The translations under genes were made by a program, and so were the position numbers. From Hydrogenophilaceae bacterium (lineage in GTDB: Bacteria; Pseudomonadota; Gammaproteobacteria; Burkholderiales; Thiobacillaceae): 64,000 nucleotides of DNA. Below the pieces are notes generated by a model. It saw nothing but the letters and a program-made list of their open reading frames with translations. It had not been told where the DNA came from and ran no database searches. The stretch's first letter is position 1, and every line of letters starts with the position of its first letter. The stretch is from NCBI GenBank assembly GCA_031426815.1, contig JASJPG010000027.1, positions 15,814-79,813 of the forward strand, given 5' to 3'. This document shows positions 1 through 10,753 of the stretch, piece by piece.

Positions 1-444
1 TTGAAGGACATGATGAATCTCATGACCATCAAGTACAAAGCCAAGCCGGGCCTGACTTTCGACGACGTGAAAGCCTCCATGGAGTTGCGCGCCAACAGCC
101 TCAACTTCAAGAAAGTCGGTGAGAGCGCGATGTGGAAAGACTTCCAGGCCGTGCTGGGCGACATGAATGCGCCGCGCATCGAGGTCTACCACTACTGCGA
201 CATCGCAGTCGGCCGCGAGATGCTGAAATACTCCCCGGAATCTGCCGTCTACATGCCCTGCCGCTTCACCATCATGGAAGACGCCGACAAGAACATCTGG
301 GTGATGACCCTGGATTGGGATACCACCTGGCTGGATTCCGTCAAAGGCCGGATGGGTACCCCCGATGTGCTGTGGGATCATGCCGTGGTCATCCGCGACA
401 AGATGGACAACATCATGAAGGCCGCCGCCAACGGCGACCTGTAA
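1..444 (+). CDS. DUF302-domain protein (N-terminus probably upstream of window)
   Basis: The ORF is open from the window edge. It is roughly 70% identical by eye to the paralog at 568-1263. It shares EVYHYCD, MPCR and MEDADKN motifs that I associate with DUF302. Confidence 0.75.
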   Translation: MKDMMNLMTIKYKAKPGLTFDDVKASMELRANSLNFKKVGESAMWKDFQAVLGDMNAPRIEVYHYCDIAVGREMLKYSPESAVYMPCRFTIMEDADKNIWVMTLDWDTTWLDSVKGRMGTPDVLWDHAVVIRDKMDNIMKAAANGDL

Positions 445-454
445 CAGGCAAATA

Positions 455-482
455 CCCCGCACCGATTCCGGCGCGGGGTTTT
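455..482 (+). terminator. Rho-independent terminator candidate
   Basis: CCCCGCACC-N10-GGCGCGGGG stem with one mismatch, followed by TTTTC, 11 nt after the stop codon. Confidence 0.6.
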
Positions 483-567
483 CAACCTTGTCCTGAACAT
501 CTGGACTTGAGAAGTCTTAGTTTCACCCCAAAATCCCCACCGATTTCCAAGAGGAAGGATGTAACAC

Positions 568-1263
568 ATGAAAAAATACGCCCTGATCGCCGCGCTGGCA
601 CTGACCCTGAGCGTCCCCGCCATCGCCCAGCAAGCCCCCACCGCCGCCAACCCCTACCTGAGCAACGTGCCCATCTCCGCCGGTCCGATCGTGCTGCCGG
701 TTTCTCCGGCTGGTCGCGGCAAGCGTCCGTATGAGATGTCGAGCACCGTCGGGCCGGAAGAAAAAGCGGCCATGATGAAGAAAATCATGCCGATGATGGG
801 CATGGTCAAGAGCATGGATGTGAAAGACGTCATGAACATGATGGCGATCAAATATCCGGTCAAGAAGGGGCTGACTTTCGATGACGTGAAAACGTCGATG
901 GAACTCTCCGCCAACAAGCTCAATTTCAAGAAGGTCGGCGAGAGCCCGATGTGGAAGGATATCCAGGCTGTGCTGGGCGACATGGAAGCACCGCGCATGG
1001 AGGTCTACCACTACTGCGACATCGCCGCCGGCCGCGAAATTCTCAAATATGCGCCCGAAGCCATCGTCTATCTGCCTTGCCGTATCGCCATCATGGAAGA
1101 CGCTGACAAGAACCTCTGGGTGCTGACCCTGGACTGGAATACCTCCTGGCTGGATTCCCTGTCCGGCAAGATGGGGGCGCCCGACAAGCTGATGGAACAC
1201 GCCAAAGACATTCGCGACAAGATGGACGTCATCATGAAAGCCGCTGCCAACGGCGATCTGTAA
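568..1263 (+). CDS. Periplasmic DUF302-domain protein with Met-rich tract
   Basis: 231 aa. Signal peptide MKKYALIAALALTLSVPAIA. Ten Met in residues 69-92. The C-terminal 150 aa are paralogous to 1-444. Confidence 0.8.
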   Translation: MKKYALIAALALTLSVPAIAQQAPTAANPYLSNVPISAGPIVLPVSPAGRGKRPYEMSSTVGPEEKAAMMKKIMPMMGMVKSMDVKDVMNMMAIKYPVKKGLTFDDVKTSMELSANKLNFKKVGESPMWKDIQAVLGDMEAPRMEVYHYCDIAAGREILKYAPEAIVYLPCRIAIMEDADKNLWVLTLDWNTSWLDSLSGKMGAPDKLMEHAKDIRDKMDVIMKAAANGDL

Positions 1264-1430
1264 TACCCGGACGGGAAATCTCCAGCAGGAGGTTTCCCGC
1301 ACATCCCCCGTTCGTTGCCAGTAAAGCTATCGCATCGCAACCCGCAAAACGCCACCCTGGCGTTCCGTTCAGTAAACAGCAGGATTCCTCGAATCCTCCC
1401 GGCAAGTACCCCACCACACAGGAGACGCGC

Positions 1431-2480
1431 ATGAAACGTCTTACTCCCCTGATTTTATTAGTCGTCGCCGGATCGGCGCAGGCCGACAACACGTTCAATC
1501 CGCTGAGCATGTTGGCTCCGGTTCAGAACAATCCGTGGTCTGGCGGCTACGGCAACATTTCCAGTCCGTTTGGCCTGGGTGCGCTGAATCCGATGAACCC
1601 GCTCAACAGCATCAACCCGTTGAGCCCCTGGAACAACTATGGCGGCCTGTCCAACCCGGTGTTGAGTCTGGGCGCCCTCAGCGCGCTCGGCGTCTTGACG
1701 CCCAGCTTCTCGCCCGGCATGCAGTTTGCGCCCAACATGCAGTCATCCGGCTACTTCAACCAGATGAACACCCCGTTCCAGGGCAATCCTTTTGCCGGCA
1801 ATCCGTATGCGCGCCTGCCCATGCAGCAGTCGTTCTCGACACCGGCATTTAGCCCGTCCATGCCGTCGTTCCCCAACATGCCGTTTGCTGCCCAGCAACA
1901 GCAGATACCGGGATATTTCATGCTGCCGCAACAAATGGGACAACCCCAATATGCGCCGCAACAGCAAGCTTTCCCGTTCCTGCCCTATGGCATGCAACAA
2001 CAACAGCAACAGCAGTCGCTGGCCAACTTGTTCGGCCTGCAACAACAGCCGGTGCAACAGCAACCGTCCTTCCCCAACTTTTTCGGATCGCCGCAGCCGG
2101 CGCCGCAACCGCAACCGTCGCTGCAGAACTTCTTCGGCATGACGCAACCTGCCGCCCAGCCGAAACCGCAACCCGCCGCCGCCCAGCCGACATTGCCGTT
2201 CTTGCCGTTCCTGCTGCCACAAGCACCTCAGGCGCCGCAGGCGATGCCACCGGCAATGGAAAAATCGAAGCCGGCAGCGCAGCCCGTCGTGCCGCAAAAT
2301 TCGCTGCCGTTTTTCTTCTTCACGCCGCAAGCCGCGCCGGCGGCTGCACCCGCTCCTGCACCCAAGCCGGCGAGCGAGCCCCTACCCGAGGTGAAGGCAG
2401 ACGATACCGCCCCGATGCCGCCGCTTGATCCTGCCGCTTTCATGCAGATGTACATGCAGCCGCAAGACGCCAACAAGTAA
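1431..2480 (+). CDS. Secreted low-complexity Q/P/N/F/M-rich protein, unknown function
   Basis: AGGAG lies about 7 nt upstream of the ATG. Signal peptide MKRLTPLILLVVAGSAQA. 349 aa. A strong terminator follows the gene. Confidence 0.7.
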   Translation: MKRLTPLILLVVAGSAQADNTFNPLSMLAPVQNNPWSGGYGNISSPFGLGALNPMNPLNSINPLSPWNNYGGLSNPVLSLGALSALGVLTPSFSPGMQFAPNMQSSGYFNQMNTPFQGNPFAGNPYARLPMQQSFSTPAFSPSMPSFPNMPFAAQQQQIPGYFMLPQQMGQPQYAPQQQAFPFLPYGMQQQQQQQSLANLFGLQQQPVQQQPSFPNFFGSPQPAPQPQPSLQNFFGMTQPAAQPKPQPAAAQPTLPFLPFLLPQAPQAPQAMPPAMEKSKPAAQPVVPQNSLPFFFFTPQAAPAAAPAPAPKPASEPLPEVKADDTAPMPPLDPAAFMQMYMQPQDANK

Positions 2481-2500
2481 CGCAAATCTGTAGCTGCATG

Positions 2501-2531
2501 AAAAAGAGGGCGCTACGAGCGCCCTCTTTTT
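2501..2531. terminator. Bidirectional rho-independent terminator
   Basis: AAAAAGAGGGCGC-TACG-AGCGCCCTCTTTTT lies between convergent genes, with an A-tract on one side and a T-tract on the other. Confidence 0.8.
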
Positions 2532-2540
2532 CATCTGCGT

Positions 2541-3320
2541 TCACAAATTCACGTCGTAATCCACGCTCAGGGGCGCATGGTCGGAGAAACGCTCCGATTT
2601 GTAGACCACAGCGGCGCTCGCCTTGGCCGCTATGCCAGGCGTTGCGATCTGGTAATCGATGCGCCAGCCGACATTCTTGGCCCAGGCCTGGCCCCGATTG
2701 CTCCACCACGTATAAGCCTCGCCGGTGTGTTCGGGATACAGCCGGCGATACACATCGACCAGACCGATACGCTCGAACAGGTCGGACATCCAGGCGCGTT
2801 CCTCGGGCAGGAAACCGGAGTTCTTCCGATTGCCTTTCCAGTTCTTCAGGTCGATTTCCTGGTGCGCGATGTTCCAGTCGCCGCACAGGATGAATTCCCG
2901 GCCGCTCAGAGCCAACGCTTCCAGACGCGGCAGGAATCTCTGCATGAACGCAAACTTCGCAGCCTGGCGTTCTTCCCCGGACGAACCGGAAGGCAGATAG
3001 AGCGAGACGACCGAGAGGTCGCCAAAAACGGCTTCGATGTAGCGGCCTTCCGCATCGATGTCGGCTATCCCCAAGCCCTCGATGATCTGATCCGGCTGCT
3101 GCTTCGAATAAATTCCGACGCCGCTATAGCCCTTTTTTTCGGCGTAATGGAAGTAGCCGTAGAAGCCCGGCGGATTGAGCATTTCCAACGAAAGATCGGC
3201 GGCTTGCGCCTTGAGTTCCTGCAAACAAACCAGGTCGGCGTCCTGCGCGGCCAGCCAGGCATAAACACCTTTGCTGCTGGCGGAGCGGATTCCGTTAAGA
3301 TTCAGGCTGATGACACGCAT
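2541..3320 (-). CDS. xthA: Exodeoxyribonuclease III
   Basis: 259 aa. MRVISLNLNGIRS, CLQELK and a C-terminal SDHAP are typical of the ExoIII/EEP family. Confidence 0.93.
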   Translation of the reverse strand: MRVISLNLNGIRSASSKGVYAWLAAQDADLVCLQELKAQAADLSLEMLNPPGFYGYFHYAEKKGYSGVGIYSKQQPDQIIEGLGIADIDAEGRYIEAVFGDLSVVSLYLPSGSSGEERQAAKFAFMQRFLPRLEALALSGREFILCGDWNIAHQEIDLKNWKGNRKNSGFLPEERAWMSDLFERIGLVDVYRRLYPEHTGEAYTWWSNRGQAWAKNVGWRIDYQIATPGIAAKASAAVVYKSERFSDHAPLSVDYDVNL

Positions 3321-3336
3321 ATGACAAAGGTTCTAA

Positions 3337-3993
3337 GTGCAAAGATTTAAGGGTGATTTCCTAGATTTCGCCATCGAACAACAGGTTTTGCTGTTCGGCG
3401 AATTCAAGACCAAGGCCGGCCGGATGAGTCCGTATTTCTTCAACGCCGGCCTGTTCAACGACGGCGTCTCGCTGAAAAAACTTGGCGAATTCTACGCCAG
3501 CGCCATCGCCGCTTCCGGTCTCGCCTTCGATGGCCTGTTCGGGCCGGCCTACAAAGGTATTCCGCTGGCGGCGTCGGTTGCCATTGCGTTTGCCGCTGGG
3601 GTTGCCACGACCCCGCGCAACGTGCCGTTCAGCTACAACCGCAAGGAAGCCAAGGATCACGGCGAGGGCGGCAGTATCGTCGGGGCGCCGTTGGCGGGTC
3701 GCGTACTGATCGTCGATGACGTGATTTCCGCCGGCACTTCGGTGCGCGAATCGGTCGAGTTGATCCGCGCCGCCGGCGCTACGCCATGTGGCGTCGCGAT
3801 CGCGCTGGATCGCATGGAGCGCGGCCAGGGCGAACTTTCCGCCGTGCAGGAAGTGAGCCGCGACTACGGCATTCCGGTGATCGGCATCGTCAACCTCGAC
3901 GATCTTGCCCAACATCTGGACGGCAAATCGACTTGGCGCGACACCCTGACGGCAATTCAGGCCTACCGCGAGCAATACGGCGTTCAAGTGTGA
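3337..3993 (+). CDS. pyrE: Orotate phosphoribosyltransferase
   Basis: 218 aa with the PRPP-binding loop [13 protein letters not shown]. Confidence 0.95.
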   Translation: MQRFKGDFLDFAIEQQVLLFGEFKTKAGRMSPYFFNAGLFNDGVSLKKLGEFYASAIAASGLAFDGLFGPAYKGIPLAASVAIAFAAGVATTPRNVPFSYNRKEAKDHGEGGSIVGAPLAGRVLIVDDVISAGTSVRESVELIRAAGATPCGVAIALDRMERGQGELSAVQEVSRDYGIPVIGIVNLDDLAQHLDGKSTWRDTLTAIQAYREQYGVQV

Positions 3994-4103
3994 CGAATTT
4001 TTGCCGTTGTTTATCTGTCGAAGTTTTGTAATCCGTTGTTTTTAATTGGATTTATGGCGCGGATGGCACTCCAAAAACCCCTTGAGCTGAGGCAGATGAC
4101 CCG

Positions 4104-4748
4104 GTGCGCACACTGACGCTTCGATTGCACGTCCTTTTAATCGCCGGCCTGATCGCGTTCGATCCGGCGCTGGCGGCAACCTATCGCTGGATCGATCAGA
4201 ACGGCAAGGTGCAATACGGCGATGTCATGCCGCCCGGTCAGGCCGGGCAAGGACATACCGAACTGGACAAACAGGGGCGCGTGATCAAGGAAACCAAGCG
4301 CAGCCGCTTGACCGCCGAGGAACGGCAACGCCAGGCGGAGGCCGCAGCGCGCCAGGCCGAGGAAAGGCGCCGCCAGGAAGATCTGCGCCGCCGCGACATG
4401 GCGCTGCTGGCGACCTACGCCAGCGAGAAGGAAATCGATCTGGCGCGCGATCGCGCCATCGAACTGGAAAATCTCAACATTCGCGGTCTGCAGTCGCGCC
4501 TGGATGCGGCCGCGGCAAAACTGTCCTTCGCCAATGCCTACCTGGCCCGTTTTCGCAACGCGGGACAAGCTGCGCCGTCAGGCTACGCCCAGATGCGCGA
4601 TGAAGCGCAAAGGGAGCTGGCCCAGATCGGCGAATTGCTCCAGCAACGCAACAAGGCGATCGACGACATCCAACTGCGCTTCGAAGAAGACGAACGGCGC
4701 TATATGGAGTTGAAGGCGCCGACGCCGTCGAAGCCGCCTACGCGTTGA
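4104..4748 (+). CDS. DUF4124-domain protein with coiled-coil
   Basis: GTG start and a signal-like N-terminus. Contains a [14 protein letters not shown] motif followed by an R/E/Q-rich helical region. Confidence 0.7.
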   Translation: MRTLTLRLHVLLIAGLIAFDPALAATYRWIDQNGKVQYGDVMPPGQAGQGHTELDKQGRVIKETKRSRLTAEERQRQAEAAARQAEERRRQEDLRRRDMALLATYASEKEIDLARDRAIELENLNIRGLQSRLDAAAAKLSFANAYLARFRNAGQAAPSGYAQMRDEAQRELAQIGELLQQRNKAIDDIQLRFEEDERRYMELKAPTPSKPPTR

Positions 4749-6186
4749 GCTTTTGCCGCAACAAGTCGTTGACCTGTTGCGGATTGGCCTTGCCCTTGCT
4801 CGCTTTCATGACCTGGCCGACCAGCGCGTTGAAGGCCTTTTCCTTGCCGGAGCGGAATTCCTCGACCGACTTGGCATTGGCCGCCATGACCTCGTCGATG
4901 ATCTTCTCGATCGCGCCGCTGTCGGATACCTGCTCGAGGCCTTTCGCTTCGATGATGGCATCGGCATCGCCTTCGCCGGCCCACATGGCTTCGAACGCCT
5001 GCTTCGCCAATTTGCCGGACAAAGTGCCATCCTGAATGCGCGCCAGCAAGCCGGCGAGTTGGCTGGCAGAAATGCGGCTGTCAGCGATATCCAGATTTTC
5101 CTTGTTCAGCGTGGCGGACAGATCGCCCATCACCCAGTTCGCGACGAGCTTCGCGTCAGGTTTGACCAGACCGGCGACGACGGCTTCGAAATAGTCGGCC
5201 AGCGCGCGGGAGCCGGTCAATGCGACCGCATCGTAAGCGGACAAACCCCACTCGGCCTGATACCGCGCCTGCTTCTGTTGCGGCAACTCCGGCAGACTCG
5301 CGCGCACCTGTTCGATCCAGTCTTCGTCCAGCCGCACCGGCAGCAGATCGGGATCGGGGAAATAGCGGTAGTCGTGCGCGTCTTCCTTGCTGCGCATGGC
5401 GCGCGTCTCGCCGCTATCCGGGTCGAACAGCACGGTGGCCTGCTGGATCTTGTGGCCATCCTCGATCTGTTCGATCTGCCAGCGGATTTCGTAATTGATC
5501 GCCTGTTCCAGGAAACGGAACGAGTTGAGGTTCTTGATTTCGCGCCGGGTGCCGAATTCCTGTTGTCCGAGCGGCCGCACCGAGACGTTGGCGTCGACCC
5601 GGAAACTGCCTTCCTGCATGTTGCCGTCGCAGGTGCCGATCCAGCTCACCAGCGTGTGCAGCGCCTTGGCGTAAGCCACCGCTTCCTTGGCCGAACGCAT
5701 GTCCGGCTCCGACACGATCTCCAGCAGCGGCGTGCCGGCGCGGTTCAGGTCGATGCCGGTCATGCCGTGGAAATCTTCATGCAGCGACTTGCCGGCATCT
5801 TCTTCCAGGTGGGCGCGCGTGATGCGGATGGTTTTCTCGTAGAGATCGCTACCGCTGCCGACCTGCACCGTCAGTTCGCCGCCCTCGACGATCGGCAACG
5901 CGAACTGGCTGATCTGGTAGCCCTTGGGCAGATCGGGATAGAAGTAATTCTTGCGGTCGAAACTGTTGATCCGATTCAGCTTGGCGCCGATCGCCAGGCC
6001 GAAGCGGATACCGCATTCCACCGCGCCCTTGTTGAGCACCGGCAACACGCCGGGCAACGCGATATCAACCTGGCAGGCCTGCGTGTTGGGCGCGGCGCCG
6101 AAAGCGATGGAAGCGCCGGAGAAGATTTTCGATCGCGTGGTGAGCTGGGTATGCACTTCCAGCCCGATGACGGTTTCCCATTGCAT
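4738..6186 (-). CDS. gatB: Asp/Glu-tRNA amidotransferase subunit B
   Basis: [15 protein letters not shown] is the canonical GatB N-terminus. The ORF-track start at 6213 adds a non-conserved 9-aa extension. Confidence 0.95.
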   Translation of the reverse strand: MQWETVIGLEVHTQLTTRSKIFSGASIAFGAAPNTQACQVDIALPGVLPVLNKGAVECGIRFGLAIGAKLNRINSFDRKNYFYPDLPKGYQISQFALPIVEGGELTVQVGSGSDLYEKTIRITRAHLEEDAGKSLHEDFHGMTGIDLNRAGTPLLEIVSEPDMRSAKEAVAYAKALHTLVSWIGTCDGNMQEGSFRVDANVSVRPLGQQEFGTRREIKNLNSFRFLEQAINYEIRWQIEQIEDGHKIQQATVLFDPDSGETRAMRSKEDAHDYRYFPDPDLLPVRLDEDWIEQVRASLPELPQQKQARYQAEWGLSAYDAVALTGSRALADYFEAVVAGLVKPDAKLVANWVMGDLSATLNKENLDIADSRISASQLAGLLARIQDGTLSGKLAKQAFEAMWAGEGDADAIIEAKGLEQVSDSGAIEKIIDEVMAANAKSVEEFRSGKEKAFNALVGQVMKASKGKANPQQVNDLLRQKLNA

Positions 6187-6272
6187 ATCAGGCCTCCTGC
6201 CGGGCCGTCCCAAGGGAGGCCTGGCCCCCCTCGGGGGGCAGTGAACAAAGTGAACGTGGGGGTCGTTTCATC

Positions 6273-7724
6273 TCAGATTCCTTGCGGTGCGCGTGTGTGC
6301 CAGTCGGTGGCCAGCTGATATTGATGCGCCACGCCCAACATCCTGGCCTCGTCGAAATAGTTGCCGATCAGTTGCAGTCCGATCGGCAACCCCTGCGCAT
6401 CGAAACCGCACGGCAGCGACATGCCGGGCAAGCCGGCCAGGTTGACGGCGATGGTGTAGATGTCGGACAGATACATCTCGACCGGGTCGGCGGTTTTTTC
6501 GCCCAGTTTGAACGCCGTGGTCGGCGCGGTCGGGCTCAGGATCACATCGCACTGCTCGAATGCCGCCGTGAAATCGTTGGCGATCAGCCGGCGTAGACGC
6601 TGCGCCTGGATGTAATAGGCATCGTAATAGCCGTGCGACAGCACATAGGCGCCGATCATGATGCGGCGTTTGACTTCGCTGCCGAAGCCTTCGGCACGCG
6701 TCTTTTCGTACATGTCGGTCAGATCGCGATACTCGGGTGTGCGATAGCCGTAACGCACGCCGTCGAATCGCGACAGGTTGCTGGAGGCTTCCGCCGGCGC
6801 CAGCACGTAATAAGCCGCCACCGAAAGACCCGAATTGGGCAAGCCGACCGCCACCGTTTCGGCGCCGAGTTGGCGCAACTGGGCAATCGCTGCCTCGACC
6901 GCTTGCGCGGTATCGCCGACCAGGCCGGCGCCGAAAAACTCGCGCGGCAGGCCGATCTTCAAGCCGGCCAGCGGCTGATCAAGGCTGCGCGTGTAATCCT
7001 CTTTCGGGCGCTCCAAGCTGGTCGAATCGCGCGCGTCGAAACCGGCCATGACGTTGAGCAGCAGCGCGCAATCCTCGGCGTTCTGCGCCATCGGTCCGGC
7101 CTGATCGAGGCTGGAAGCAAAGGCGATCATGCCGTAGCGCGACACCACGCCGTAAGTCGGCTTCAGGCCGGTGATGCCGCACAGCGCGGCCGGCTGGCGA
7201 ATCGAGCCGCCGGTATCGGTGCCGGTCGCCGCCGGCGCCAGGCGCGCCGCCACCGCCGCCGCGCTGCCGCCGGAGGAACCGCCGGGCACGCGGGCGACAT
7301 CCCAGGGGTTTTTCACCGGGCCGTAGAAACTGGTTTCGTTGGACGAGCCCATCGCGAACTCATCCATATTGGTCTTGCCCAGGCACGGCATGCCGGCCGC
7401 TTTGAACTGATCGATGACGTGGGCATCGTAGGGCGAAACGAAATTGGACAGGATTTTCGAGCCGCAGGTGGTCAGCCAGCCTTCGGCGCAGAAAATGTCC
7501 TTGTGCGCGATCGGCACACCGGTCAGCAAGCCGCCCTGACCGGCGGCGCGCAGGGCGTCTGCAGCGCGCGCCTCGGCCAGGGTCTGGTCGGCATCGACGC
7601 TGATGAAGGCGTTGAGCGTTGCGTTCTGCGCCTGGATGCGCGCCAGGTAGTCCTGGCACAACTCGACACTGGAGGTTTTGCCGGCGGCGAGGCTCGTGGA
7701 GAGAGATTTGAGAGTGGCGGTCAT
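6273..7724 (-). CDS. gatA: Asp/Glu-tRNA amidotransferase subunit A
   Basis: 483 aa with the amidase signature [13 protein letters not shown]. It lies between gatC and gatB. Confidence 0.96.
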   Translation of the reverse strand: MTATLKSLSTSLAAGKTSSVELCQDYLARIQAQNATLNAFISVDADQTLAEARAADALRAAGQGGLLTGVPIAHKDIFCAEGWLTTCGSKILSNFVSPYDAHVIDQFKAAGMPCLGKTNMDEFAMGSSNETSFYGPVKNPWDVARVPGGSSGGSAAAVAARLAPAATGTDTGGSIRQPAALCGITGLKPTYGVVSRYGMIAFASSLDQAGPMAQNAEDCALLLNVMAGFDARDSTSLERPKEDYTRSLDQPLAGLKIGLPREFFGAGLVGDTAQAVEAAIAQLRQLGAETVAVGLPNSGLSVAAYYVLAPAEASSNLSRFDGVRYGYRTPEYRDLTDMYEKTRAEGFGSEVKRRIMIGAYVLSHGYYDAYYIQAQRLRRLIANDFTAAFEQCDVILSPTAPTTAFKLGEKTADPVEMYLSDIYTIAVNLAGLPGMSLPCGFDAQGLPIGLQLIGNYFDEARMLGVAHQYQLATDWHTRAPQGI

Positions 7725-7781
7725 GTGGGTCGACAGTGGAATGCGTGCGGCAAGCGGGGCAATGCGCGCCCGGCCAGCGGC

Positions 7782-8069
7782 TTACTCGATAACTTTGGGC
7801 ACCAGATACAGACCGTTCTCGGTCTGCGGTGCAACGGCCTGGAATGCGGCGCGTCGATCCGGTTCGGTGACCACATCGGCGCGCAGACGCTGGAACAGGT
7901 CCTGGGCATGCGACATCGGCGGGATACCTGCGGTATCGACTGCCTGCATTTGTTCGATCAAGCCGAAAATACCGTTCAACTGGGCCTGATAAGCGACAAC
8001 TTCATCTTCGCCGACCCGGATACGGGCCAATTTGGCAATACGTTTGACGTCTTCTGCGGAAAGCGACAT
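7782..8069 (-). CDS. gatC: Asp/Glu-tRNA amidotransferase subunit C
   Basis: 95 aa starting [17 protein letters not shown]. It sits upstream of gatA. Confidence 0.9.
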   Translation of the reverse strand: MSLSAEDVKRIAKLARIRVGEDEVVAYQAQLNGIFGLIEQMQAVDTAGIPPMSHAQDLFQRLRADVVTEPDRRAAFQAVAPQTENGLYLVPKVIE

Positions 8070-8119
8070 GAGATACCTGGTTCTTTGGCTCTAAGGCCTT
8101 ATTGCATAAGGCGTCGTAG

Positions 8120-9202
<1,083 letters not shown>

Positions 9203-9289
9203 TCCCTCCGTGAAGGAACGAGGCTGAAGGGAAAGGGTCAGTCCCTTCCCCGCTTCCTTGCCCCCGCACCCTTTCCCTTCACGCCCGCC

Positions 9290-10168
9290 ATGTCTCCCGC
9301 CCCTCACGCCCCCCTGTTCGTTCGGGAGATGGGGCTGCCGGCTCGTTTCAGCCTGTATGTCCTGGTCTGCCTGTTCCTGTTGGCACTGGATGCCCGCTAC
9401 GCCACTTTGTTTGGTCTGCGCGCGAGCCTCAACGCCTTCCTCCACCCGGCGCAGATCGTGCTCGCGCAACCGTGGGAATGGCTGCAAGGCGTCGGCCGCT
9501 TCTTCGTTTCGCATGGCGAACTGGTTGCCGAGAACACGCGTCTCAAACGGCAGCAGGAACTGCTCGGCGCCGGTATGCGCGATCGCGCCGCCATCGCCGC
9601 CGAAAACACGCAACTGCGTGGGCTGCTGGCGTTGCCGCCACGCCCCGGATACCGCATGTTGACCGGCGAAGTCATCGAAACCGTACCGGACCCCTTCGCC
9701 CGCAAAGTCATCATCAACCGTGGTGGCAGCCATGGTCTCGCCGAAGGCTGGCCGGTGGTCGACGCCGCCGGCCTGGTCGGCCAGGTCACCCGGGTTTACC
9801 CGCTGACCGCCGAAGTCACGCTGCTGACCGATCGCGACCAGGGCGCGCCGGTGCAGAACCTGCGTAACGGCCTGCGCATCATCGTGTCCGGCCAGGGTTC
9901 CGACAACCTGCTGGAAGTCCGTTTTCTCGACATGCACGCCGATCTGCAACCCGGCGATCTGCTCTATACCTCCGGCATCGACGGCGTCTATCCGGCCGGC
10001 GTGCCGGTCGCGCGCGTGCTGAAAACGGAACCGCCGCGTCACACGCCATTTGCGCGCGCGCTGTGTCAGCCGCTCGGCGGCGTCGGTCGCTACCGTCACA
10101 TGGCGGTCCTGGTGCCGCTGCCGAAGCCCGCTGCCGCCGTCCCTGCACCGGCAGTCAGATTGAAATGA
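9290..10168 (+). CDS. mreC: Rod shape-determining protein MreC
   Basis: 292 aa with an N-terminal TM segment. It lies between mreB and mreD. Confidence 0.9.
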   Translation: MSPAPHAPLFVREMGLPARFSLYVLVCLFLLALDARYATLFGLRASLNAFLHPAQIVLAQPWEWLQGVGRFFVSHGELVAENTRLKRQQELLGAGMRDRAAIAAENTQLRGLLALPPRPGYRMLTGEVIETVPDPFARKVIINRGGSHGLAEGWPVVDAAGLVGQVTRVYPLTAEVTLLTDRDQGAPVQNLRNGLRIIVSGQGSDNLLEVRFLDMHADLQPGDLLYTSGIDGVYPAGVPVARVLKTEPPRHTPFARALCQPLGGVGRYRHMAVLVPLPKPAAAVPAPAVRLK

Positions 10169-10716
10169 TGATGAACACGCAACCGCTGCTGCCGCAAGGC
10201 GCCGAACTGACCCACCCGCCGACCCGCACCAAGGTCTTTGTCAGCCTGATCGTCGCCTTCGCGCTGACCTTGTTGCCCTGGATGGAACAGATCCGTTGGC
10301 TGGTGCCCGATTTCACACTAATGGCGCTGCTCTACTGGAATATCCGCTCGCCGCGTCTGGCCGGCCTCGGTGTGGCGTTCAGCCTCGGCCTGCTCACCGA
10401 TGTCGCCCGCGGCGTCCTGTTCGGCCTCAATGCGCTGGCCTATTGCGCCGCCACCTTCGTGGTGCTGCTGGTGCAGCGTCGCCTGGCCGGTTTCGATACG
10501 CCGCGCCAGACCCTGCAACTGTCGCCGATTCTGCTCGGCAAGGAAGCGCTGGTGCTGACTCTTGGGCTGATGCTGGGCCGCGGCACCGCCGACTGGCGCT
10601 GGCTTGCCGCCGGCGTCGTCGCAGTGGCACTGTGGCCATTCCTGGCCTGGCTGGTCGACCGGGTTACCGGGCGCGCCGTATCCGGCACTCCGGCGAACCG
10701 GCAAGCGCCGTTATAA
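10165..10716 (+). CDS. mreD: Rod shape-determining protein MreD
   Basis: Polytopic hydrophobic protein. The ATG at 10165 forms an ATGA overlap with the mreC stop. The ORF-track start at 10063 is an Arg-rich extension inside mreC. Confidence 0.8.
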   Translation: MMMNTQPLLPQGAELTHPPTRTKVFVSLIVAFALTLLPWMEQIRWLVPDFTLMALLYWNIRSPRLAGLGVAFSLGLLTDVARGVLFGLNALAYCAATFVVLLVQRRLAGFDTPRQTLQLSPILLGKEALVLTLGLMLGRGTADWRWLAAGVVAVALWPFLAWLVDRVTGRAVSGTPANRQAPL

Positions 10717-10753
10717 CCTGGCATCGGCTGTCGCCCGCCCCACCGCCGTGAGC

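Noticed and set aside
6187-6272. GC-rich hairpins (AGGCCTCC...GGAGGCCT and GCCCCCCTCGGGGGGC) between gatA and gatB.
   Set aside because: They are short intra-operon stems with no U-tract and no evidence of any role beyond generic mRNA structure.
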